Source: an uncultured Bacilli bacterium (lineage in GTDB: Bacteria > Bacillota_I > Bacilli_A > ML615J-28 > CAG-313). Taken from it: DNA of 64,000 nt. The stretch's first letter is position 1; each line of letters starts with the position of its first letter. Made by a program: the position numbers and the translations under genes. Below are positions 38,421-47,091 of this stretch, in pieces. Under the pieces are notes generated by a model. It worked only from the letters and a program-made list of their open reading frames with translations, did not search any database and was not told the origin of the DNA. The stretch covers positions 4,130-68,129 of the forward strand of contig CAKPBI010000003.1 of NCBI GenBank assembly GCA_934140285.1, in the 5' to 3' direction.

Positions 38421-39673
38421 TGAAAGAAGAACTTATTAAAAATAGAATTAGACTCTCAAAGATGCTTGAAAATAATTCATTCGCAGTTATCCATTCAGGC
38501 TATAATAAATTTAAATCTGCGGATTCTGTTTATGACTTTTTTGTTAATAATAATTTTTACTATTTAACAAACATAGATCAAGCTAATGTAATTTTACTTG
38601 TTGGTAATGTTAATAACCATCATTTTGAAAAACTATTTATTGAAAGTGTTGACCCTGAAGTCGCAAAGTGGCTAGGTGCAACCCTAACTCATGAAGAAGC
38701 AAGTGAATTATCAGGAATTGCTATGCAAGATATTTTAGACATTAATATGTTTGAAAAATATACAGATTCTCTTTATCAATCTAATCGCTATGGATTAATG
38801 GAAGCTCATACTGTATATTTAGATCTTGAATATCGTGACATTCCTCTATATAATACTTTTGGAAGAGTTTATGCGAAAACTGTTCGTGATCGTTTCCCAA
38901 GTGTAAAAATTGAAAATTGTTATAATATGATTATCTCATTAAGAATGTGTAAAAATGAAAAAGAAGTTGCTTTAATTAAAGAAAGTATCGCAACTACTAA
39001 AAGAGCTATTCTAAATGTTATGAGTCATCATAATGAATTATCTAATGAATCAATAGCAAATGCATATCATGATTTTACGATAATTAAAGAAGGTAAGAAT
39101 TTATCATTTAATGATATTATTGCCTCAGGTCATAATGCGACAGTATTACACTACGATGATAACAATAGTGACATTCTTCCTAATAGTTTATTACTAATGG
39201 ATGTTGGTTGTTATACTAAACATTATTCAAGTGATATCACAAGAACATTCCCTGTAAATGGTAAATTTACAGAACGTCAAAAAGAAGTATATGAAGTTGT
39301 ACTTGATACAAATAAAAAATGTATTGAGTATGCAACTGCAGGTATGAGTTGGAAAGAATTAAATGATTATGCAAATAATCTACTCGCAAAAGGTTTAATC
39401 AAACTTGGTTTAATTAAAGACATAAGTGAACTTCGTAAATACTACTTCCACTCAATTGGCCATTCTCTTGGGCTTGATGTACATGATCCATCACATGCAA
39501 GTGAAGGACTAAAAGAAGGAATGGTAATTACAATTGAACCAGGACTATATATTCCAGAAGAAAGTATTGGTATTCGTATTGAAGATAATATTATGATAAC
39601 TAAGGGAAAAGCTATTCTTCTATCTAAAGATATTATCAAAGAAGTAGAAGATATTGAAAATTTCTTAAAATAA
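38420..39673 (+). CDS. M24-family Xaa-Pro aminopeptidase
   Basis: 417 aa; DVGCYTKHYSSDITRT, HSIGHSLGLDVHD, IEPGLY, IRIEDN metal-ligand motifs. Confidence 0.85.
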   Translation: MKEELIKNRIRLSKMLENNSFAVIHSGYNKFKSADSVYDFFVNNNFYYLTNIDQANVILLVGNVNNHHFEKLFIESVDPEVAKWLGATLTHEEASELSGIAMQDILDINMFEKYTDSLYQSNRYGLMEAHTVYLDLEYRDIPLYNTFGRVYAKTVRDRFPSVKIENCYNMIISLRMCKNEKEVALIKESIATTKRAILNVMSHHNELSNESIANAYHDFTIIKEGKNLSFNDIIASGHNATVLHYDDNNSDILPNSLLLMDVGCYTKHYSSDITRTFPVNGKFTERQKEVYEVVLDTNKKCIEYATAGMSWKELNDYANNLLAKGLIKLGLIKDISELRKYYFHSIGHSLGLDVHDPSHASEGLKEGMVITIEPGLYIPEESIGIRIEDNIMITKGKAILLSKDIIKEVEDIENFLK

Positions 39674-39681
39674 ATAATCGT

Positions 39682-39717
39682 TAACTTCTCATTATTTAAA
39701 TGAGAAGTTATCTTTTT
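39682..39717 (+). terminator. Rho-independent terminator
   Basis: 12-bp perfect stem TAACTTCTCATT/AATGAGAAGTTA followed by TCTTTTT. Confidence 0.85.
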
Positions 39718-39786
39718 ATTAGTATTTTTTTAAATAAACATCATATGATATAAATACTAAACATAATAACAAAAGGAAGTGACAAA

Positions 39787-40521
39787 ATGAAAAAAATTAA
39801 AGAATTTTATGACTATACTAACAAACTATATTTATCTAATCTTGCGGCTTCAATCACATTTTATTTACTATTTATGTTAGTTCCTTTAATTAATTTAATT
39901 AATAATATTTTAGGCTATCTTCATGTTGAAGGATTTACTAGTGATGAATACTTAGTAAGATCTAATGTATTATCAATTATTATGTTTGTAATTTCTATTA
40001 TCTTTGTATCTTCAAAAGTAGTTAATTCTCTAGCCATCTCAACTAATATAATTTATGGAGATAAAAATAAACGTAGCACGATTAGAAGAAGAATTCTTTC
40101 AGTTCTTTTGATGATTTTGTTTATTATTTTAATAATAGTTCAAATATGCTTATCATTTGTGATTTCCCATATATTTAAAAATATATTACATTTTAAACTT
40201 TATTCTTTAGTCAATCTTTTATATATCTTTTTATCAGTATCTTTTATCAGTAGTATTGTATATAAATATATTATTCCAGTTAAAGTAAAGTTAAGAAGAA
40301 CCTTTGTTATAAGTATGGTTGTATCAATAATCTGGTATCTTGCGACATTCTTTTATGATTTATTTAGAACACTTTTCATGAATGATTCTTATAGTAAGTT
40401 ATATGGATCATTAGCCAATCTAATGCTTACAATGCTTTGGCTCTACATAATTGTTTTAGTTTATATTTATGGTATTGCCTTTAATTTTTATTTTTCCAAA
40501 AATTATCAGGTAAAAAAATAA
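39787..40521 (+). CDS. YihY/BrkB-family membrane protein
   Basis: 244 aa, 6 TM helices, N-terminal ..NLAASITFYLLFMLVPL.. typical of the YihY family. Confidence 0.65.
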   Translation: MKKIKEFYDYTNKLYLSNLAASITFYLLFMLVPLINLINNILGYLHVEGFTSDEYLVRSNVLSIIMFVISIIFVSSKVVNSLAISTNIIYGDKNKRSTIRRRILSVLLMILFIILIIVQICLSFVISHIFKNILHFKLYSLVNLLYIFLSVSFISSIVYKYIIPVKVKLRRTFVISMVVSIIWYLATFFYDLFRTLFMNDSYSKLYGSLANLMLTMLWLYIIVLVYIYGIAFNFYFSKNYQVKK

Positions 40522-40563
40522 ATAATTTGGTCATACTAATACTGAACAAGGCGAGGTAAAAAA

Positions 40564-41313
40564 ATGTTAAAAAAGAAAATCTTATTATTCCTTTGTTTGT
40601 TCACTATCTTTTTCTTAAATTTTGTTATAACAAGTAATGCGGCTGGATGGGGATTTAGTAGAAATACTAATCACGAAACTCCATCTATCGGAAAGTATCA
40701 ACAAATTCTTGAGGGTACAAATTCCTTTTATGTAGGAAATGTGAATAAGAAAGAAGTAATCCTGACATTTGATGCAGGATATGACAATGGTAATTTAACA
40801 CCAATTCTTGATACCTTAAGATGCAAAAATGTAACCGCCAGTTTCTTTGTTACAGGTGATTTTGTTAAAAGATTTCCTGAGTTAGTAGTTAGAATGACTA
40901 ATGATGGTCACATAGTTTGTAACCATTCATACAGCCACAAAAAGATTCAAACGCTATCAAAAAATGAACTTAAAGATGATTTGGAAAAATTGGAAAATGC
41001 TTATTTTAAATTAACAGGCAAAACGATGCCTAAATACTTTCGTCCACCAGAAGGTGAGTTTACGAAAGAATCATTGCTAAATGTTAAGAATCTAGGTTAT
41101 AAAACAATATTTTGGTCAATTGCTTATAAAGATTGGGATGTAAGAAATCAAAAAGCCAAAGAACTTGCAATCGACAGTGTCTTAAATAATTTACATCTAG
41201 GTGCAATCATCTTACTTCATTCTGTATCTAAAACTAATAGTGAAATATTAGGTACACTTATTGAAAAAATCAGTGACGAGGGATACACATTTAAAACTGT
41301 ACTTGATTTATAA
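40564..41313 (+). CDS. Polysaccharide deacetylase, PdaA-like (delta-lactam biosynthesis type)
   Basis: Signal peptide; LTFDAGYDNG, FFVTGDF, GHIVCNHSYSH, FRPPEG, ILLH motifs of NodB-fold PdaA-type deacetylases. Confidence 0.8.
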   Translation: MLKKKILLFLCLFTIFFLNFVITSNAAGWGFSRNTNHETPSIGKYQQILEGTNSFYVGNVNKKEVILTFDAGYDNGNLTPILDTLRCKNVTASFFVTGDFVKRFPELVVRMTNDGHIVCNHSYSHKKIQTLSKNELKDDLEKLENAYFKLTGKTMPKYFRPPEGEFTKESLLNVKNLGYKTIFWSIAYKDWDVRNQKAKELAIDSVLNNLHLGAIILLHSVSKTNSEILGTLIEKISDEGYTFKTVLDL

Positions 41314-41322
41314 CAAAAAACA

Positions 41323-41350
41323 AAAACCTTTCTTTCGAAAGGTTTTTTGT
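41323..41350. terminator. Bidirectional terminator
   Basis: AAAACCTTTC-tttc-GAAAGGTTTT hairpin flanked by A- and T-runs between convergent genes. Confidence 0.85.
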
Positions 41351-41354
41351 TTTG

Positions 41355-42014
41355 TTATTTCCATTTTGCGTATAAAATAATATCTGCAGGTGTACTGTTG
41401 TTAATTCTACTAATACTATTACCTGCAAAATCTGGAGTAGTGTACCAACCATCAAAAGTATAACCTTCCTTAGTTGGTGCATACAACTCAACTTTACGAT
41501 TCATGATATCTTCATCAGGAAGTGGAATCTTTGAAGCACTATTGTTAAAATCTTGTTCCCAAGTTTCATCTTCCGCTTTATCATGCTTTACTACATAAAT
41601 AGTAGGATTGTTTGGATTATTCTTTCCGCCATCAAGTTCATATGTAATAGTATAGCGATGAAGACGCCATTTTGCATAAATCTTAGTTTGAGTTGTAAAT
41701 TTTTCTTTACTTAAATCTTCAATTTTAGAAGTTAACTTTTCATCACGATACCAACCTTCAAAATCCCAGTATTCACGTTTGGGATCGTTAGGAACACTTA
41801 TGTATCCATCACTATCTGCAGCAATAGGGTCAATTGTTGATCCACGATTAGTTACAAAAGTTATAGTAACTGGTTGTTTAAAAAAGAATATTAATAAAAG
41901 AATGATAAGAACAAAAGCACCTAAGCTAGACCATAAAACTATCTTTCTTCTCTTAGAAGCTTTTTGTTCATCATTTACTGTCATTGTAGAATTATTGTCA
42001 TTCATATTTGCCAT
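41355..42014 (-). CDS. Membrane-anchored protein with Listeria-Bacteroides (InlB B-repeat / Flg_new) repeats
   Basis: Start at MANMNDNN behind AGGGGGA; one TM helix; two repeats ending W.FEGWYRD..IYAKW and GYTFDGWYT..LYAKWK. Confidence 0.75.
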   Translation of the reverse strand: MANMNDNNSTMTVNDEQKASKRRKIVLWSSLGAFVLIILLLIFFFKQPVTITFVTNRGSTIDPIAADSDGYISVPNDPKREYWDFEGWYRDEKLTSKIEDLSKEKFTTQTKIYAKWRLHRYTITYELDGGKNNPNNPTIYVVKHDKAEDETWEQDFNNSASKIPLPDEDIMNRKVELYAPTKEGYTFDGWYTTPDFAGNSISRINNSTPADIILYAKWK

Positions 42015-42125
42015 ATAAATCCCCCTTGTTATATATTTTTCTACATTACCTTTTTTATTATACCACATCACTTTAAAAAAAGCAAGATTTGTGGTATAAT
42101 CTAAGAAAAGAAAGAGGTGTATAGG

Positions 42126-43493
42126 ATGCCAACTAATGTATTAAATAAAAATCAAGAAGTTTTACTTACGATCAAAAGATTAGGAATAAATGGTGAAGGA
42201 ATCGGATATTATAAAAGACTAGCAGTGTTTGTTCCTTTCGCAATCCCAGGTGAAGAAGTCGTAACAAAAATTACTGAAACTAACGAAAAATATGCAAGAG
42301 GAAAAATAGTAAAGGTTAAAGCTCCATCAGTTGGTAGAATAACCCCACTATGCAAGTACTTTGAACTTTGTGGTGGATGTCAATTATTACACCTAGATTA
42401 CAAATATCATGGACAATTAAAGAAAGAACTAGTAATGGAAGCCTTTGATAGATACTTTAATGGCTCTTTAAATGAAAAAGTCTTTAAAGATACAATTACT
42501 ATGGACTATCCATACCACTATCGTAATAAGGCAAAACTTCCAGTACGTTATGATGGGGAAAAACTAGTAACTGGTCTTTATGCTTTTGATACTAATAAAC
42601 TAGTATATATTGAAAATTGTTTAGTTGAAAAAGAAGACATTAGAAAAGCCGTAAAAGAAATCTGTGAATATTTAACAAAATATCAAGTAATAGCATATAA
42701 CCCAAAAACTAAAGATGGAGTATTACGTCATATAGTAGTACGCTCATCAAGTGAAACCAATGAAATCCAAGTAACATTGATTTTATTTAGTTATGATCAA
42801 AGAACCATCAATATTGCTAAAGACTTAACAAAAATAGAAAATGTAGTTAGTGTATATGTAAGTATTAATAGTGATCCTGATGCAATCGAAAACTTTGGTG
42901 CGGAAACATTTAAAGTAACTGGTCAAGATACCATTACAGAAAGACTCGGAAAATATACCTTTGATTTACTTCCAACAGCATTTTTCCAATTAAATAAAGA
43001 ACAAACTGAAAAACTATATACAAAAGTAATTGAACTAGCAAAATTTAAACCAACAAACAATGTAGTTGATGCTTTTTGTGGGGTTGGAACAATCGGACTT
43101 TGGGTATCAGAATATGTAAAAGAAGTAAGAGGTATTGATATCAACAAAGAAGGTATCAAAAATGCTATCGAAAATGCGAAAAAAAATAATGTAGACAACG
43201 CTAGATTCTACACGGGAGATATATTAAGCTATCTTACTAAATGGCGCCGTGAAGGATTTATCCCAGATGTTTTAGTTGTAGACCCTCCAAGAACTGGTCT
43301 AGACATTCGCCTTTTAAATTACTTACAACAATTCCCTGTATCTAAAATAATATATGTTTCATGCAATCCTGCGACTCTAGCCAAAAATTGTAACCACCTT
43401 CAAAAAGTCTACCACATTCTTCAGGTTCAACCTCTTGATATGTTTCCACAAACATCAAATGTTGAGTGTGTAGTTTGTCTTGAAAGAAGATAG
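42126..43493 (+). CDS. 23S rRNA (uracil-5-)-methyltransferase, RumA/RlmCD type
   Basis: TRAM-like N-terminus, Fe-S cysteines C..CGGCQ, FFQLN, DAFCGVGTIG SAM motif, VDPPRTG, YVSCNP; ATG at 42126 behind GAGGTG. Confidence 0.9.
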   Translation: MPTNVLNKNQEVLLTIKRLGINGEGIGYYKRLAVFVPFAIPGEEVVTKITETNEKYARGKIVKVKAPSVGRITPLCKYFELCGGCQLLHLDYKYHGQLKKELVMEAFDRYFNGSLNEKVFKDTITMDYPYHYRNKAKLPVRYDGEKLVTGLYAFDTNKLVYIENCLVEKEDIRKAVKEICEYLTKYQVIAYNPKTKDGVLRHIVVRSSSETNEIQVTLILFSYDQRTINIAKDLTKIENVVSVYVSINSDPDAIENFGAETFKVTGQDTITERLGKYTFDLLPTAFFQLNKEQTEKLYTKVIELAKFKPTNNVVDAFCGVGTIGLWVSEYVKEVRGIDINKEGIKNAIENAKKNNVDNARFYTGDILSYLTKWRREGFIPDVLVVDPPRTGLDIRLLNYLQQFPVSKIIYVSCNPATLAKNCNHLQKVYHILQVQPLDMFPQTSNVECVVCLERR

Positions 43494-43724
43494 GTAAAAA
43501 TAGGGCTTTTATGACTATTTTGAACTAAAAAATAGAAAATTAAGCAAAAATTCATATAAATACAACATATACCTTTGGTACGTTCAACCTAGGTTTAAGA
43601 CTACCAAAAGTCCAAGTGTGAGGGAACATAATAGTGAGTTTTAATATTAAAATCTGTATAGTTTTATCATTAAAGTCGAATAAATAAAAAATGTTTTAAA
43701 ATACCAATATTGGAGGTGTGATAG

Positions 43725-44516
43725 ATGAAGATTAAATTGTTTTGTAATAAATGCGAAGAACCTGTCTGCACTGAATCTAATAAAATTATGGTTGTTGTGC
43801 ACCATGGTAAACAGTATTCTATAGAAATAACAGACAAACTTTTATATGAATTTTCTTGCGAAAATGGACATTTGAATAGATTTTTTATTACAAACCCTAA
43901 ATATGAATTATTGTTTGATATGGGGTTGTGTGCTTATCTTAATGGCTTTTATAGAGAGGCTGTTTTGGATTTTGCTGCAAGTCTTGAAAGATTTTACGAG
44001 AATTGTATTAATATTTTTCTTATAGAGCGCTATCTTAACCAAAATGCATATGGTGAAAAAATAGAGCAACTTTGGAAACCAATAAAGAAGCAATCAGAAA
44101 GGCAATATGGGGCATTTCTTGCTATGTATATGATGACTAGAGGTCATTTGCCTGAATTATTTCCAGATAAACAAACGGAATTTCGTAATAAAGTAACACA
44201 TCAAGGATTATTTCCAAATAAGAATGATACCTTGAAATATGCAAAAGAAGTGGCAAAATATATTGTTAATGTTTATAATGAATTGACAAATGGTTTTACT
44301 AATATGGATAAATTAAATGATTTACGATCTTTTGAAATAATACAAAATGAGAATCAACTTAAAAAAGAGAGAGATGAAATGGGTGTGCCAAGCAATGTAA
44401 ATATTGAAGGAATTTCGATTTTTTCATTTTTCAGAAATCATTATTCTCAGGAAAATTGGTTTGAATGTATGTTTGAAGAATTTGAAAAGAATTTTAACAA
44501 TCGCTACGATATATAG
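43725..44516 (+). CDS. Zinc-ribbon + HEPN-like (DUF4145-like) protein
   Basis: 263 aa; GGAGGTG SD; N-terminal CNKC..C..(28 aa)..CENGH; helical domain carrying the Rx4H motif RNKVTH (44184-44201). Confidence 0.55.
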   Translation: MKIKLFCNKCEEPVCTESNKIMVVVHHGKQYSIEITDKLLYEFSCENGHLNRFFITNPKYELLFDMGLCAYLNGFYREAVLDFAASLERFYENCINIFLIERYLNQNAYGEKIEQLWKPIKKQSERQYGAFLAMYMMTRGHLPELFPDKQTEFRNKVTHQGLFPNKNDTLKYAKEVAKYIVNVYNELTNGFTNMDKLNDLRSFEIIQNENQLKKERDEMGVPSNVNIEGISIFSFFRNHYSQENWFECMFEEFEKNFNNRYDI

Positions 44517-44680
44517 AATCCTTAATAATATGGTTTTATATTTAGATGATGTGCTAAATTTAACTTTTATAATTATCTTGTAGTTATTATGTATGCAAAA
44601 GTAAAAAATGCTCAAGAAGTCTTTTGTAGACTTTTAAAAAATAAGCTATTTTCACAAGAATTCATAGTTTCACTATGATG

Positions 44681-44706
44681 AAGAGCTGAAAATAGCTCTT
44701 TTTTTA
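44681..44706 (+). terminator. Rho-independent terminator
   Basis: AAGAGCT-gaaaat-AGCTCTT hairpin followed by a T-run (TTTTTTT). Confidence 0.8.
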
Positions 44707-44926
44707 TTCAAAAAGTGTAGAGCTGTACGGGGAGTTGAACTAATTTCAAATTTTAGGAACAAGGGGATTTGAATATTATTATCATTGCCAACTTTTAAGC
44801 AGATTTTAGGGCTTTTGTCAGTTCTTTATCAAAATTAGGAGTAAATATAGGTAAAAGCATATTGAAGAGAACGCTCACGATATTTCGAGCAGATTTTTAT
44901 TTAAATCTATCAATAAGTAAAAAATG

Positions 44927-44955
44927 TTGAAATTTGTCGAATATTATGGTATATT
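44927..44955 (+). promoter_or_regulatory. Sigma-A promoter (TTGAAA-17-TGgTATATT)
   Basis: -35 TTGAAA at 44927-44932, 17-nt spacer, extended -10 TGgTATATT ending at 44955; the track start at 44934 lies inside it. Confidence 0.65.
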
Positions 44956-44984
44956 ATATTTATTATGTTAGGAGGAAAATCACA

Positions 44985-46106
44985 ATGAAACATTTTAATT
45001 TTGATTTATATAAAGAATCTAAACAGTATTTTCAATTATTTGATGTTTATATTAAACAATTTGAAAAGAACAAAGAAAATGTATTTAATAAATTAAACAT
45101 TAATAATAGCTCGTATAGAAGAGCAAGAGATAATGAACAAACTGTTGGTAGAGAAATAATAAAGAAATTATCAGATAATTATGATTTAAAAATTCCTAGC
45201 GATTCATTTATTGATAAATTAGAAAAAATAACAACTAGAATATACAATAATTTGTATTATAAAGTCTATGATGCTTTTGATGATGATTCAAATTTTATTG
45301 ATGAATCATTAACTAATAAAACATTAATGTTTCCTGTATTAAATCTATTAAAACTATTTTTAATTATCAATTCTAACATTTCTCCTAAAAAAGTTTTTGA
45401 AGAATATAAAGAGTTGTATGAAGAAATAAAGAAGTATAAAACATTCCTTACTTATGAATTATTAGAAATATTTGAAATTATGTCATTATTTTTTGAAGAT
45501 GAATATATTAATGATGGTGAATGGGTAACTAATTATAATAACCCAATGACATATCAAATATTAGCATCAAGGTTTTATTCAAAAGAAAGATATGTTGAAG
45601 CGATATTCTTTTCACTACAAGCTTTAGATATAATGATAAAAGATCAAAACTTTAAAAGATATATCACTGTTAATCATACTCTAATGAGTAGTTTACTATA
45701 TGCAGGTAATTATCAAGATTGTTACAACAGAGTTGAAAAACATTATTATTGTATTAATTCTTTAAACCTTGGAAGTAGTGAAATAAATATAACTGAAAAA
45801 TATTTATATGTATCATTATTAGGTTTAAAAGAATATAACAGAATAATAAAAGATTTAATCAATAGAGATGATTTTAATCTAACATTACTTACATGTTTGC
45901 TTGTTGCCCTTCATTCAGTTAGTAAGAAAGATTTATATAAAAAATATATTGACGAAAATATTAAGTTAGAAGAATTTGATGAAGATTCTGCTAAATACTT
46001 AAAATTACTAATATATTACTTAAGTCATAGAGATCATAAGATATTAAAGAACTTAGGAAAACATGCAATAATGGGTTCATTAATAAATATTTTGAAAAAA
46101 ATTTAA
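44985..46106 (+). CDS. HTH + TPR-like all-helical protein (RRNPP/AimR-like regulator candidate)
   Basis: 373 aa from the ATG at 44985 (GGAGG 9 nt upstream); N-terminal HTH-like segment (VFNKLNINNSSYRRARDNEQTVGREIIKKLSDNY); the remainder is helical-repeat-like (..YVEAIFFSLQALDI.., ..GNYQDCYNRVEKHY..). Confidence 0.4.
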   Translation: MKHFNFDLYKESKQYFQLFDVYIKQFEKNKENVFNKLNINNSSYRRARDNEQTVGREIIKKLSDNYDLKIPSDSFIDKLEKITTRIYNNLYYKVYDAFDDDSNFIDESLTNKTLMFPVLNLLKLFLIINSNISPKKVFEEYKELYEEIKKYKTFLTYELLEIFEIMSLFFEDEYINDGEWVTNYNNPMTYQILASRFYSKERYVEAIFFSLQALDIMIKDQNFKRYITVNHTLMSSLLYAGNYQDCYNRVEKHYYCINSLNLGSSEINITEKYLYVSLLGLKEYNRIIKDLINRDDFNLTLLTCLLVALHSVSKKDLYKKYIDENIKLEEFDEDSAKYLKLLIYYLSHRDHKILKNLGKHAIMGSLINILKKI

Positions 46107-46144
46107 TTTGGGCAGAAAAATGCAAAAAGCCAATTTTAATAGAA

Positions 46145-46175
46145 AAGTGTTCATCAATATTGAGCACTTTTTTTA
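46145..46175 (+). terminator. Rho-independent terminator
   Basis: AAGTGTTCA-tcaatat-TGAGCACTT hairpin (one G-U pair) followed by TTTTT. Confidence 0.75.
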
Positions 46176-46225
46176 TTTTTCTTCAAAAACACAAAAAAAT
46201 GCTCATTGATAAAAATTGAAAGCCA

Positions 46226-46254
46226 TTGACAAAATTTTCCATATAATGTATAAT
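46226..46254 (+). promoter_or_regulatory. Perfect-consensus sigma-A promoter (TTGACA-17-TATAAT)
   Basis: TTGACA at 46226-46231, exactly 17 nt, TATAAT at 46249-46254. Confidence 0.85.
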
Positions 46255-46281
46255 ATAATCAAAAGAAAGGAGAATTCAGCT

Positions 46282-46683
46282 ATGAAGAAATTATTTAAAG
46301 CTTTTTTAATTTTAATTGTTGTAGCATTATGTGGGAGCATCGTTTTTGTAGAAGCAAAGGGAATAACAATCATAAGAGATGATAATCCTGATGGTGTATC
46401 TGTATTATCAATTGATAATGAAAATTATTATATTGAAATTGATGAAGAAACAAATGTTGGTTATGTAATGCAAAAATTAGACAATGAAACAATTGTGCTT
46501 GGTACTTGTGAGGTTTCTGTTATTGTGGGAGATAAAGATCCTGAAGTGCTATGTGTTTCCGCTGAAAATTCAATGGGAAGTTTAGTTATAGTTACAAATA
46601 ACAGTGTTTCAACAATATCATTAAGTGAAGGCGATATAAGTAGTATATTTACTATCGATACAAAAGTTATAATAAATCGATAA
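46282..46683 (+). CDS. Small secreted protein (133 aa), unknown function
   Basis: ATG at 46282 behind AAAGGAG; signal peptide MKKLFKAFLILIVVALCGSIVFVEA|KG; acidic beta-rich mature part. Confidence 0.6.
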   Translation: MKKLFKAFLILIVVALCGSIVFVEAKGITIIRDDNPDGVSVLSIDNENYYIEIDEETNVGYVMQKLDNETIVLGTCEVSVIVGDKDPEVLCVSAENSMGSLVIVTNNSVSTISLSEGDISSIFTIDTKVIINR

Positions 46684-46792
46684 AATATATTAGTATAGTC
46701 CTTATTATTAGAGTGTTAAAGTAATTATAATTGAAAAAAGTATGTAAATTAAATTCCTAAGTCTGCTTTGGGGAAACGCTCTTAGAAATAAA

Positions 46793-46824
46793 GCTCTCTT
46801 TGGATAAAAGGGGGCTTTTTGTTT
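46793..46824 (+). terminator. Probable rho-independent terminator
   Basis: GCTCTCTT..AAGGGGGC hairpin (8 bp including 3 G-U pairs, 7-nt loop) followed by TTTTTGTTT. Confidence 0.55.
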
Positions 46825-46899
46825 AAAAATAAATTATTATATGTAGTTTGCATATAATAGTAATGATGAAACGTAAAAGACAATATGGGGAGGAACTAT

Positions 46900-46974
46900 A
46901 TGTTAATTTATTTAGTATTAAAACGTATCATCAAAGAGCTAGTTGGCCATAGTATACGGCCAAAAGTATACTAA
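46900..46974 (+). CDS. Candidate micro-ORF (24 aa, hydrophobic-cationic)
   Basis: MLIYLVLKRIIKELVGHSIRPKVY; strong GGGGAGGA SD about 6 nt upstream; unverified. Confidence 0.25.
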   Translation: MLIYLVLKRIIKELVGHSIRPKVY

Positions 46975-46999
46975 TATCATTAAATAGGAGATGCTAGAT

Positions 47000-47089
47000 A
47001 TGATTAAGATTTATTCAATGAATATGGTGATTATTTTTGAAAATATATTACTAAATAATAATATTAATATGATTGAAAGGGGATGCTAA
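47000..47089 (+). CDS. Candidate micro-ORF (29 aa)
   Basis: MIKIYSMNMVIIFENILLNNNINMIERGC; AGGAG 9 nt upstream; the stop abuts the start of the next gene; unverified. Confidence 0.2.
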   Translation: MIKIYSMNMVIIFENILLNNNINMIERGC

Positions 47090-47091
47090 AA

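Noticed and set aside
43501-44816. 10-nt direct repeat TAGGGCTTTT at 43501-43510 and 44807-44816 (plus ATAGGTAAAA near both) as possible att sites flanking the HEPN gene
   Set aside because: The matches are too short and their order is inconsistent. They are expected by chance at appreciable frequency between two AT-rich intergenic regions of a few hundred nt. No recombinase gene lies between them.
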